Position numbers and translations under genes: made by a program. 64,000 nt of DNA from Squalus acanthias (Eukaryota), in the NCBI GenBank assembly GCA_030390025.1, contig CM059432.1, forward strand, positions 132,248,001 through 132,312,000, written 5' to 3'. The notes beneath the pieces are model-generated. The model did not search any database and was not told the origin of the DNA. It saw nothing but the letters and a program-made list of their open reading frames with translations. Of the stretch, positions 24,245 to 35,514 are shown piece after piece. Each line of letters starts with the position of its first letter. Position 1 is the first letter of the stretch.

Positions 24245-26788
24245 GGGCTGGATTTTCAAAAGCAGCATAAGAAGCTCACCATTGAGTTCGGCGGATCCAA
24301 ACCTGAACTCACTATTTCTAATATACGACCTCGATTACCGTTCTGTGCATTGTCAGCAGCTTCACTGGATGAACCCTCACTGTTTACCAGTATCCCTCCT
24401 CGATGCAAACCGATTATAACAAAGTCACGACGTTTCAGTCAGGAAGACCAGTCTTTTATTGCGGCTGAGATTTCTCGGCTTTTAGCAGAGGATATCATCG
24501 AGCCTTGTTCGTCGCCATGGCGCGCCCAGGTCGTTATTGTTAAGAACCCTCTACAACCTCACAAGAAACGGCTGTGCATTGACTATTCACAGACCATCAA
24601 TCAATATACGGACTTGGACGCATACCCATTGCCGCGCATCGATGATATGGTTAATAAACTGGCTGAGTACACGGTGTTCTCAACATATGATCTGAAAAGT
24701 GCCTATCATCAGGTACCCTTGAAGGTCTCAGACAAGCAGTATACGGCCTTTGAAGCCAATGGACGGCTGTATCAATTTCGTCGCCTCCCCTTTGGGGTCA
24801 CTAATGGAGTGGCTGTCTTCCAGCGAGCAATGGATGACCTGGTCAAACAGGAAGACTTGAAGGATACGTTTCCTTATCTGGACAATATTACTGTCGCAGG
24901 TCGCAATCAGCGGGAACATGACGCCAATCTCCAACGATTTTGGGATGCACTCCAGCACCGTAATTTGACATTAAATGCGGCTAAATCCATTGAGTCACAA
25001 CCAACCATCAACATCCTTGGCTATTGTGTGGGCAATGGCATCATTAAAGCTGACCCTGAAAGGCTTCGCCCACTCCAAGAGCTCCCGCCACCTAAGAATC
25101 CGGCCTCCTTGCGCCGGGCCCTCGGCCTGTTTGCATACTATGCTAAATGGATTCCTAACTTCTCGGACCGAATCCAACCTCTACTGAAGGCCAGCACATT
25201 CCCACTAGACACAGCGGCTGTTGCAGCCTTTAACCTCCTGAAAAAACAGTTGGAGAAAGCGGCTCTTCACTCCATCGATGAGAGTCTTCCTTTTGTTGTT
25301 GAGTGTGATGCCTCGGAGGTGGCGATCTCGGCCACTCTGAATCAGGAAGGTCGTCCGGTGGCATTTTTGTCCAGGACTTTTCAAGGGGCTGAGCTACATT
25401 ATCCTCCAGTCGAGAAAGAAGCTACAGCCATCATAGAGGCAGTACGGAAGTGGACTCATCTCCTAGCTCGCCAGCACTTTACCTTAATCACGGACCAGCG
25501 ATCGGTCGCCTTCATGCTCGATAATCGAAAACGGACCAAAATTAAAAATAATAAAATCCAGCTTTGGCGGCTGGAATTGGCCTCTTTTGGTTACACCATC
25601 CACTATCGACCTGGCAAGGAGAATGTGGCTCCGGATACCCTCACACGAGCATTCTGCTCCGCCATGGCACCCTCTACGCTCGTAGACATCCATGATGGGT
25701 TGTGTCATCCGGGCGTTACTCGCATGCTACACTTCGTGCGGTCCCGAAATCTCCCATTCGCTACCGGGGATGTAAAGAAGATGTGCTCGGACTGCAGAGT
25801 CTGTGCGGAATTGAAACCTCAGTTTTTCCGCCCCTCGGGTGGTATACTCATACATGCGACCCAGCCAATGCAACGGCTTAGCATCGATTTTAAGGGGCCG
25901 TTGCCCTCTTCAACTCGCAACACTTATCTATTGACCATGGTCGATGAGTATTCCCGTTTTCCGTTTGCCTTTCCCTGCCCCAATATGCTGACGACCACGG
26001 TTATCAGCTGCCTTGAGCAGGTATTTGCTTTCTGTGGCATGGCATCCTATGTTCATTCGGATCGGGGCCCTTCTTTTATGTCAGGAGAACTCAAGGCCTA
26101 TCTCTCGGAACGGGGTATTGCTGCCAGCAGAACGACGCCTTATCATCCGGTCGGGAATGGGCAAGTTGAGCGTTTTAACGCTATCATCTGGAATGCGGTA
26201 CGTCTGGCTTTGAGATCTCGGGGCCTACCCAACCAGCAATGGGAAGCAGTACTTCCAGACGCATTACACTCCACACGGTCCCTCCTTTCGACCGCCACAA
26301 ATACGACGCCTCATGAACGGTTCTTCCGATTTCAGCGTCGCTCATCCTATGGGATATCTCTCCCGTCGTGGCTGACTGCACCGGGACCAGTGCTACTCCG
26401 AAGATATGTCCGGGCGTCTAAGAATGACCCCCTGGTAGATGAGGTTGAGCTCACTGACGTCAACCCTACCTACGCCTATATTCGGTATCCTGACGGTCGG
26501 GAATCTACCGTGTCATTGCGGGATCTGGCTCCCTGCCCGCCGAAACATAGAGGGACACCAGGGGATGATATTGTACCAGGCACATCTCTGGGCTCGCCAG
26601 GTGCCTCTCATCACGATCTGGATCTGACGCCGGCTGGTACCTCACTCCAGCGTGCCGACCTGGGGCAGACTGACTATGAGCCCGTCGGGGCTTGCACGCG
26701 CAGCCACGATCCACCCCGTACCATACGCTCGGAAACGGATCTGCCACAGCCCTGCCCGACACCCGTTCGGGCACCAGTACACAGTTAG
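24245..26788 (+). CDS. Gypsy Pol (RT, RNase H, integrase), same frame as gag
   Basis: RLCIDY, DLKSAYHQ, LPFG, YLDN; RNase H CDAS/EKEA/TDQRS; integrase H-H-C-C, IDFKGP, HSDRG, GQVERFN. Confidence 0.95.
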   Translation, partial: GLDFQKQHKKLTIEFGGSKPELTISNIRPRLPFCALSAASLDEPSLFTSIPPRCKPIITKSRRFSQEDQSFIAAEISRLLAEDIIEPCSSPWRAQVVIVKNPLQPHKKRLCIDYSQTINQYTDLDAYPLPRIDDMVNKLAEYTVFSTYDLKSAYHQVPLKVSDKQYTAFEANGRLYQFRRLPFGVTNGVAVFQRAMDDLVKQEDLKDTFPYLDNITVAGRNQREHDANLQRFWDALQHRNLTLNAAKSIESQPTINILGYCVGNGIIKADPERLRPLQELPPPKNPASLRRALGLFAYYAKWIPNFSDRIQPLLKASTFPLDTAAVAAFNLLKKQLEKAALHSIDESLPFVVECDASEVAISATLNQEGRPVAFLSRTFQGAELHYPPVEKEATAIIEAVRKWTHLLARQHFTLITDQRSVAFMLDNRKRTKIKNNKIQLWRLELASFGYTIHYRPGKENVAPDTLTRAFCSAMAPSTLVDIHDGLCHPGVTRMLHFVRSRNLPFATGDVKKMCSDCRVCAELKPQFFRPSGGILIHATQPMQRLSIDFKGPLPSSTRNTYLLTMVDEYSRFPFAFPCPNMLTTTVISCLEQVFAFCGMASYVHSDRGPSFMSGELKAYLSERGIAASRTTPYHPVGNGQVERFNAIIWNAVRLALRSRGLPNQQWEAVLPDALHSTRSLLSTATNTTPHERFFRFQRRSSYGISLPSWLTAPGPVLLRRYVRASKNDPLVDEVELTDVNPTYAYIRYPDGRESTVSLRDLAPCPPKHRGTPGDDIVPGTSLGSPGASHHDLDLTPAGTSLQRADLGQTDYEPVGACTRSHDPPRTIRSETDLPQPCPTPVRAPVHS

Positions 26789-26971
26789 GATCGTCCTGAC
26801 CCCTCACAGAGCGGGCTGGATCACTCGGACTCTGGTCCACGGCCCGCGGCGGGTAAACGGGCTAGGGGCCCTCTACCGCTACGAGAACCCAAACGGGTGC
26901 GGCTCTCCCTCGTCCGGCGGCTACGAAATGGAGGGAGCATCCCGGCCTCCTAATCTTTTGGGGGGGGAGAA

Positions 26972-27165
26972 TGTGGTAACACAATACAGCTTCCTGTGAC
27001 TCGAACTTTATTGCATCACTTCCTGTGATTAGTCCAGGATAAATACTGGACTGAGCAGTTGGATCCTGGAGAGGCATAGAGTAAGACCTCTTTTGTATGT
27101 AGCACCTTTTTAGTTGATTAAAGCTTACTTTAAGTTCACCACGCGTAAGGCTCATTCTTACGACA
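26972..27165 (+). repeat. 3' LTR
   Basis: Identical to the 5' LTR on read-through comparison; preceded by ggggggggagaa. Confidence 0.97.
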
Positions 27166-27171
27166 TTTGTA

Positions 27172-27690
27172 TTACATAGAATTACACAGAAAGTACAGGA
27201 CAGAAACAGGCCATTCAGCCCAACTGATCCATGCAGTGTTTATGCTCCACACGAGCCTCCTCCCACCCCTCTTCACCAAACCCCATCTGAATATCCTTCT
27301 ATTCCTTTCTCCCTCATGTGCTTATCTTGCTTCGCCTTAAATGCAACAATGCTATTCGCCTCAACTACTCCCTGTGGTAGCGAGTTCCACTTTCTAACCA
27401 CTCTCTAGGCAAATACGTTTCTCCTGAATTCCTTATTGGATTTATTAGTAACTATCTTATATTTATGGCCCTTACTTCTGGACTCCCCCACAAGTGGAAA
27501 CATCTTCTCTATATCTATCCTATCAAATCTTAAAGACCTCTATCAAGTCACTCTTCAGCCTTCCCTTTTCTAAAGAAAAGAGCCCAAGCCTGTCCAATCT
27601 TTCCTGATCGGTATAACCTCCCAGTTCTGGTATCATCCTGTAAAGTTCTGGTATCATCTTGTAAAGTTCTGGTATCATCTTGTAAGATTC
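27172..27690 (-). mobile_element. CR1 LINE 3' portion with a triplicated 21-bp segment at its 5' break
   Basis: ERLDRLGLFSLEKGRLKSDLIEVFK; gttctggtatcatc(c/t)tgtaa three times at about 27624-27685. Confidence 0.85.
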
Positions 27691-28844
27691 CCTAATGTTA
27701 TAGGAGCCAGTGGCACAAAATTCAGATCCAAATGTCATCCCAGGCCAAGCATATTTTACAAAGCTGAAAAAAGCACTAACTATATGGATAGACATGCGAG
27801 GTCATTACAAATGTTCTTCAACATCCCGATTTGTGCCACAACTCTTACCTTTCCTGGTAGGTTGAACTAAACATGAAATTAGAGGCAGGTACGTGGGTAG
27901 GTCCTGAATACACACAAACTGCTCAATACCAGAGGAACGTGTAGCCAAGTTCTAATTCGCTGTCTTATCTGTTGTGCCACAGGAGACAGCTGCTGTCTTT
28001 TTTGAGAGCTGGTCAAACATAACCAGTTTCTGTGCTGTACGTTCTCTGTCATTCTATGTAATTGCAGCATAGCCCAGAGGAGATATCAGGCATATTCTTG
28101 GAATGTTGTATTCTGCATAGTATTGACTTCAAACGTGGAATGGAGCCAGACTCCAAACTGTGACTAGACTAGACAAGGGAGCATAATAATGGAGATCTGA
28201 GGGATGATCATCCCCAGGGACCAGACCACCAGAACAGGATTCTTAGAGAACAGCTGGCGTAGCAATTTCTGACACAGCTGCTTGACCCTTGAGGAACATA
28301 ACATTAAAAATGTACAGAACATTTTACATATAAAGGAGCCCCCCTCCCTCAAACTGAACAAAGCATTCCCTAACTGTGCTAACCAGGAAGCCAGATGGCT
28401 CTCCAACTAAAGGCAGGACTTGATATATATATATATAAAATAAACCTCCAGAAATTAAAGACTCTGGGCTAGAAATTCATTCTAGTCAAGAAATGGGCAC
28501 TGTTTAGACTAAAAATAGTTAAGTAGCGCCAATTAAAAATCTTCTAGACTGCACGCAAAATTCATCCTCACTCCTCATTAAAATGATTGCCATCATGATT
28601 CTCGTCTAAAAACGCAAGCTCATTGGCGTTACACTGAAAAGATGGACCAATATCGGGTGTAGTCTAAACGCAAGTAATGATTGCCACCAGGCTTCTTTCA
28701 CTACTTAAAGGGGAGGTCCATTGATGCTGCAGCACCTGATTCTCAGCAATGTTGGGTGTGCAGCTGCCTCAACAACCATAAAAAGAAGGACAAGGAGAAG
28801 GAGCACTTATTTACAAATGCTGATGGCAGATCTCCTGCCCCAGG

Positions 28845-29067
28845 GAGAGAGCCCAGAGGTTTTCCGAGGAAGCTTTGGAGGCATTGGTTTTAGCAATGGA
28901 GAGAAGGCAGGCGGTCCTGTACCCTGCAACTGGCAGGAGGCCCTTGCCACAAGTCTGCCGGACTATGTGGAGGGAGGTGGCACACCATGTCATGGGCAGC
29001 ACTGTGGTCCCCAGGACCCACACCCAGTACAGGAGGAAGTTTAACGAGCTCTCATGGGTGGTCAGGG
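28845..29067 (+). pseudogene. Harbinger Myb/SANT-like DNA-binding protein, exon 1
   Basis: LEALVLAMERRQAVLYP...MWREVA...RTHTQYRRKFNEL followed by donor gtgagt. Confidence 0.8.
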
Positions 29068-29344
29068 TGAGTGAAGGCTTCAACAAATGCTACATACCAC
29101 CATCTGTACTACAAGCTTCACACACTGCTCAATGCACCACACCCCCAGCACTCACCCACCAACAATGTCTATCGACCAACACTCACACCCACATCTCACA
29201 CCTTGCACACAATGACAGTTATTCAACTATGGCAGGCACAAGGGTCATTAGTTAATAGGATTCAAGTGATATGTGTGATATGTTTATAGATAAATTTATT
29301 AATGGTCTTTGGAATATTTTGTGGTCTCTCTCATTTCACCTTTT

Positions 29345-30150
29345 TGCCCAGGAGCTGCGCCCTCATGATGGCCAAGTTGTGGAGCATTCAGCAGACCACC
29401 ATGAAATGGGACACCCGCTGAGCCGAGAACTGGAGGGCCCCTCTTGATCGGTCAAGGCAGCAGAACCGTTGCTTCAATAAGCCGATGGTATGCTCGATGA
29501 TGTTCCTGGTGGCAGCATGGCTCTCATTATATGAGTGTTGGGCAGGAGTGTTGGGGTTGCGGAGGGGAGTCATGAGCCAGTTGGGGAGCGGATAGCCCTT
29601 GTCTCCGAGCAGCCACCCTCGAGCTTGACGTGGTGGCTGGAAGAGTGCTGCCACACCGGTCTGGTGCAGGATGAAGGCATCGTGGCTGCTGCCAGGATAG
29701 TGGGCATTGACACTAAGGATTCGCTGTGTGTGGTCGCACACCAACTGCACATTAAGTGAGTGGTAGCCTTTGTGGTTACGGAAGATCTCAGGATTGTTAT
29801 GTGGTTTCTGCAAAGCCATGTGTGTGCAGTCGATGGCGTCCTGCACCATGGGGAATCTTGCTATCCTGGCAAAGCCACATGCACGCTCCTCCTGCTTCTC
29901 TCTGGTGATCGAGAAGCCAATGCAGTTCCTTCTCCTGCTGTAGAGAGCCTCAGTGACCTCCCGGATGCAGCGATGGACAGCGAACTGCGAGGTGTTAGCT
30001 ACGTCTCCTGTTGCAGACTGGAAGGATCCGCTGGCAAAGAAATTGAGGCCGACGGTGACCTTGACTGCCACTGGGAGAGCCGTGGTCATCCTGGTCAGAG
30101 GCTGGAGGTCAGGTTGCAGGAGGTGGCAGAGTTCTGTGACTACCTCCTTG
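29345..30150 (-). pseudogene. Harbinger/HARBI1-like DDE transposase, truncated
   Basis: AIDCTH, NVQLVCD, PGSSHDAFI, LLGDKGYP, IEHTIG, then VVC*MLHNLAI (premature TGA at 29388-29390). Confidence 0.92.
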
Positions 30151-30793
30151 GTGCTCCTCGCTTAATTGAAGGTAGGAGAAGTGATGTCGGAAGAACCTAG
30201 ATGGGTGAGGCTTCCTGTTGAGAGCACTAATGACCCTCCTCCTCCCACTGCGCACATATTCCCGTCTTTCTCGCTGTCTTCGTTCCCTCTGCAGTGGATC
30301 CTGGAGGGCGAGGTCGACTGCCAGTACAGCCCCTCATGATTTTTAGCAAGTGCTGTACTTTGAAGCATTTCAAAAATAATGAGGGAGTTTTGTACTTGCC
30401 AGAACACTCCCTGATACCAAAGAACCTTGAAATGACTAGGGAAAACTCTTGCAGTAGCAGGAAGTAGCACACAGCCACTCAAACTGCAAAACCTGACAGG
30501 TGCGCGTGATTGAAGATGATCCCTTTAGATAGCATCGCTGGAGCCGGCTTCCTGCTGCTGCACGCCATCTGAAGCTGTCGTTGCTTTCTCCAGTCGGTAA
30601 GTACATTGGCTAAAATGAAGTTGGGAGATTGGGCGTCAAGTGAGCGTTGCACACTCACTGACGTCACGATCTCCATGATAGCGAGATCCCTGGTGATCGA
30701 GGTTACCGGCAGTGCTACCGGCAACACCGATATGACGTGCAGCGCTGGAACTGGCATCAGCTGTCACTGTCAATGGCATTTTAGCGCCATCTT

Positions 30794-32365
30794 GGGGTTA
30801 AAAATTCGGATGTTTTACGCCACCCATTAGCAGCATAATTTTGTCAAAAACGGCGGCCGATGCTCTTCCGCCAGCTTGTGGTGGGTCCCGTGGCGTCCGC
30901 CACTTTCCGAGGGCCAGCAGCGGTGCTGGTAAAAGCGATGGCATTGCAATTGTAAATTATGGAGAGGGTGAAGTCAGTCGGTGTGCAACGCCGACTTAAC
31001 GTCACCTCAGCGAACTTGGACCTAAGCGCTGAGTTCAGTGCTGGGTCCTAAGCTCGGCATGAAAAACCCAGCATTCAGCAGACTGACAGATGCGCTTCTT
31101 AAAGGGACACACACATCTTTCAAGTTTGCATTTAAGCTTTTGGACTGGATTTTAAAAATTTTATTAGCGTAGTGGCTTGCTGCAATACATGATAAAAGAT
31201 TTTTAAGTGTGCAGGGAGTGCTGCTGGATGCTTGCAAGGCCTCGGGTGGTAAAGGAAGGCCTCTGAGAAGACAGAAAATGCTGCAAATACTCAGCAGGTC
31301 AGGCAGCATCTGTGGAGAGAGAAACAGAGTTCACGTCTCAGGTCAAGATGCTGCTTGACCTGCTGAGTATTTCCAGAATTTTATGCTTTTATTTCAGGTT
31401 TACAGCATCCGCTCACAGAGGGAAGAGGAAGACGCAGAAGTGGAAGACACAGAAGAGGAAAAAGCGGAAGAGGAGGAAGCAGAAGGAAGGATGTAACCCA
31501 AACAGCCCCTTTCTGGCCGGGATATCCCGGATGGAATCATCTGCCTGCGGTACCAGTGACCACAACCCCAATTCCCCTTTCAACATTTGTCCCACACCTT
31601 ACCTTCCCTCTGTTACTGACCATCTCTTGGCCATGATGCTGAAATAAAAGCCACCAAAAAGCAAACTTTCCAATCCAACTTTATACATCTATCCATCAAA
31701 TATGACATCAAGAAATCAATTCATCACCCTTATGTATTCCCTCAGTGACTGTCTTATGTGTGCCTTTGCCTATCCTAGTGATGTCACACAGTGCTACCCC
31801 AGTGGCTGCAGCATGGCTGGTGGAAGGCTGCTGACTTTCAGTGGGGGACACTGCAAATGGCCTTGCAGGTCGACCTTGAGGAGCTGGTGGCTGGGAGTGT
31901 CAAATTGAGTGACGGTGTTTCTTCTTCTTCACTTTCCTCTCCCTTTTCTTGGTCAACCACTGGCTAGGCAGGTTGCATTTCTTGGGTGTGTGAAATGAGG
32001 AAGGCACAAGGGTGGAGTTGTGAGTGAAGGACAGGAAAGCAAGAGGTGCATACCAGAAGGAGGATAATGTATGCGGATACCAGCATCTTGTATCCTTTCA
32101 GCTACGCCGCTGGACAAGGGCTCAGCCATGCCCCTGCCAAGAATAGCCAGCACTGTCTCCTCCAAGGGGGTGAGGTGAAGCTAGGAATGGGAGGTGTGCC
32201 TTGTGTTTGGTACAGATTGTTGGTAGGTGAGTGATGGGGGTGGGCGGGGGGGGGGAAGTCGTGCATTGAGAAGTGAGGCTAGTGATGCAGTTGGTAGGAG
32301 ATGGCTTTTGAAGATGCATTCACTGACCTTGATCAATGGTCTGAGGTCATGAAGCTTCGTTGGGC
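30794..32365. mobile_element. Decayed Harbinger transposon, copy 2, opposite orientation
   Basis: Terminus ggggttaaaattc; acidic transposase tail on + at about 31410-31560; Myb exon LEETVLAILGRGMAEPLSSG on - at about 32080-32175. Confidence 0.65.
31268..31412. mobile_element. Inverted Penelope pLTR pair with deleted centre
   Basis: aaatactcagcaggtcaggcagcatct ... agatgctgcttgacctgctgagtattt. Confidence 0.75.
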
Positions 32366-32369
32366 ACTG

Positions 32370-32896
32370 GAAGGTGATCCAAAATTCAGTTGCCCGTGTC
32401 CTAACTCACACCAAGTCCCGATCACCCATCACACCTGTGCTCGCTGACCTACATTGGCTCCCGGTTAAGCAACGTCTCGATTTCAAAATTCTCATCCTTG
32501 TTTTCAAATCCCTCCACGGCCTCATCCCTCCCTATCTCTGTAATCTCCTTCAGCCCCACAACCCCCCCGAGATATCTGCGCTCCTCTAATTCTGCCCTCT
32601 TGAGCATCCCTGATTATAATCGCTCAACCATTGGCAGCCGTGCCTTTTGTTGCCTGGGCCCTAAGCTCTGGAATTCCCTGCCTAAACCGCTCTGCCTCGC
32701 TACCTCTCTTTCCTCCTTTAAGACGCTCCTTAAAACCTACCTCTTTGACCAAGCTTTTGGTCATCTGCCCTAATATCTCCTTATGTGGCTCGGTGTCAAA
32801 TTTTGTGTCTTATAATACTCCTGTGAAGCGCCTTGGGACGTTTTACTACGTTAATGATGCCATATAAATACCACTTTTTGTTGTTGTTGTTGTTAT
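32370..32896 (+). mobile_element. L2-like LINE 3' portion
   Basis: IQNSVARVLTHTKSRSPITPVLADLHWLPV; (ttg)n tail. Confidence 0.9.
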
Positions 32897-33254
32897 TGGA
32901 GCCAGGTGGTGGGGGCGACACTGCTGGCAGTGACGGCCTCGGTGATCTGGTCCCACATCCTTCTTTCAGGAGGGGCTCCTGGCCCCTGTGGGTACAGAAC
33001 CTCTCTTGCAGTGTTGATTCCCTGCACAAAGCTGGAGTGCTGCATGCGAGACCCTCAGTGCCCCTTCCCTGGCTTGCAAAGCCAGTTGTGTTAATGCTGA
33101 AGCACTTTTCCCATTTTTTTAGGTGCAGAAGGAAATTCAGCTTTAAGAGCTGAAGACTTCCATTTGGGAATTTGTTTTCAAATGTTAATTTTTTTTCAAA
33201 AGGCAATTGAGTTGTACAATTTCAAAATTTGCATATGACAGAAATCTTGGAAGT

Positions 33255-34122
33255 ATAGTGAACAGTGATGAGGAGAGTGATAGGCTTCAGGAAGACATGG
33301 ACAGGCAGACACGTGGCAGATGAAATTTAACGCAGAAAAGTATGAAGTGATGCATTTTGGTAGAAAGAATGAGGAGAGAAAATATAAACTAAATGGTACA
33401 ATGCTAAAGGGGTGCACGAACAGAGAGACCTGGGGGTATGTGTACATAAATCGTTGAAGGTGGCAGGGCAGGTTGAGAAAGCAGTTAAAAAGGCTTACGG
33501 GATCCTGGGCTTCATAAATAGAGGTATAGAGTACAAAAGTGTGGAAATTATGATGAACCTTTATAAAACACTGGTTCGGCCCCAACTGAAGTATTGTGTC
33601 CAATTCTGGGCACCGCACTTTAGGAAGGATGTGAAGGCCTTAGAGAAGATGCAGAAAAGATTTACAAGAATCATTCCAGGAATGAGGGACTTCAGTTACA
33701 TTGATAGACTGGAGAAGCTGGGGTTGTTCTCCTTGGAGAAGAGAAGATTGAGCGGAGATTTGATAGAGGTGTTCAAAATCATGAGGGGTCTGGACAGGGT
33801 AGATAGAGAGAAACTGTTCCCATTGGCGGAAGGGTCGAGAACCAGAGGACACAGATTTAAGGTGATTGGCAAAAGAACCAAAGGCGACATAAGAAAAAGT
33901 TTTTTTACGCAGAGAGTGGTTAAGATCTGGAATGCACTTCCTGAAAGGGTGGCGGAGGCAGACTCAATTTTATCTTTCAAAAGGGAGTTGGATAAGTATC
34001 TGAAGGAAAAATATTTGCAGGGCTACGGGGAAAGGGCGGGGGAGTGGGACTAGCTGAAAGTCGGCATGGGCTCGACGTGCTGAATGGCCTTCTTGCATGC
34101 TGTAACCATTTTATGATTCTAT
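33255..34122 (+). mobile_element. CR1 LINE 3' portion with an open ORF2 C-terminus
   Basis: 213-aa open frame EQRDLGV...YKTLVRPQLKYCVQFWAP...FKRELDKYL. Confidence 0.92.
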
Positions 34123-34142
34123 GTAAGGGCTGAAAACCGCAT

Positions 34143-34823
34143 GGGGGAAAAATTTGGTTGCTTTGCGCCCTAAGAGGGCCCTAACGGGGCGCAAAGCAAC
34201 TAGCGCCCGGGCACAGCACCGCCAACGCCTCCCGCGGAATTCAGCGGGAGGTTAGCGGCGGTGGTAACCGTTAGTGCCCTGCGGTGCTGCGCCAACACTT
34301 TGCACAGCGCCCCGCTCACGCCCCGGCCACGATCTTCGGTAGCACCCCCTGACTTACCGCCGGATACTATGTCCGACGGAGTCATGGGGGCCTACCTGCG
34401 GTCGGGGTGGCGCTAATCAAAGGCAAGGTGCCGGGCGGCCATTTTTGTTGCTGGCCGCCTGCCAGCACCTGCCCCCGTTGCCGTCCCCAGCCTCCTCTTC
34501 AGCCCGGCACTTCTCTTCAGTGCCGGGCTCTTTTGCCAGCACTCCGATCCCTGGTGGCCCAGCTGGGCCCCGGGTCGCGCTACGCAAGGCCCCTCCCCTT
34601 TAAGAAGGGGAGGAAGGCCTGCAGTGCCGCGGCACATAGCGACGCGATATTCCCTTGCAGCGCCTCAAGAGGGAGGCGGGGCGCTTCCAGTAGCGCCACG
34701 CTTCCCTCTTGGGGCGCCACCGATGAATTTCAGCCGCAGGGGCACTAATTTTTTCAGGGCGCTAAAAGTAGTGCCCTGGCGAAGTTTGCGCCCCAAAGGG
34801 GGCGCAACTCAATTTTCACCCCC
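34143..34823. mobile_element. GC/CpG-rich MITE with 3-bp TSD
   Basis: gggggaaaaattt / aattttcaccccc; cat on both flanks; homologous in reverse to 41151-41903. Confidence 0.8.
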
Positions 34824-35185
34824 CATATTTTTACATCATTTTTATTTTTATCATTTCAGAAGGTATTGCCATTTTAAGATCCCATAGTACTTTGCGAAAT
34901 CACAGCCTCGCTTTCAGGGACTGTTCGAAGCTGCATCACTGCTTGTGGACATCGGGCCACATTGGGGTCTGATGCCAGGACAAACGCCATAAGGAGGGCG
35001 ATACACTGTGAGTTTGGTGCTGCTTAATAATCATTAGACCCCAAGTTGAATTTTTTCAGTCCTACTAACGCCACCATTTTCGGTGGCCGTTAACCTGCGG
35101 CCGGAGCGGAACCGGCAGGTCTCGTGTCGCGCTAGAATGTTTCGGCCTTAATGGCCATGCTCATCGGAGTACTAATGCACAGTGT

Positions 35186-35514
35186 AGAAAGAAAGACTTG
35201 CATTGATACAGCGCCTTTCACGAGTTCATGACGTCCCAAAGCGCTTTACAGCCTTTTGAAGTGCGGTCACTGTTGTAATGTAGGAAACGCAGCAGCCAAT
35301 TTATGCACAGCAAGATCCCACAAACAGCAATGAGGTAAATGACCAGATAAACTGTTTTAGTGATGTTGGTTGAGGGATAAATACTGGCCAGGACACCGGG
35401 GATAACTCCCCTGCTCTTCTTCGAAATAGTGCCATGGGATCTTAGACGTCCACCTGAGAGGGCAGATGGGGCCTCGGTTTAACATCTCATCTGAAAGACG
35501 GCACCTCCGACAGT
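35186..35514 (-). mobile_element. DeuSINE, 5'-truncated
   Basis: Reverse complement of the core and tail of 46640-47105. Confidence 0.85.

Larger units (their letters stand above)
22725..27165 (+). mobile_element. Full-length Ty3/Gypsy (Mag-like) LTR retrotransposon
   Basis: Identical 194-bp TG...CA LTRs, 5-bp TSD tttgt (22720-22724 and 27166-27170), PPT at 26960-26971, domain order gag-PR-RT-RH-IN. Confidence 0.97.
28466..30793. mobile_element. Decayed Harbinger transposon, copy 1 (Myb exon on +, transposase on -)
   Basis: Terminus gggctagaaattc; convergent Myb/SANT and DDE ORFs; right boundary approximate. Confidence 0.75.

Noticed and set aside
26652..26999. env-like third ORF in the Gypsy element
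   Set aside because: Short, overlaps pol, PPT and LTR; no signal peptide or transmembrane segment
29388..30089. Host HARBI1 gene
   Set aside because: Premature stop, truncation and an adjacent Myb ORF indicate a transposon relic
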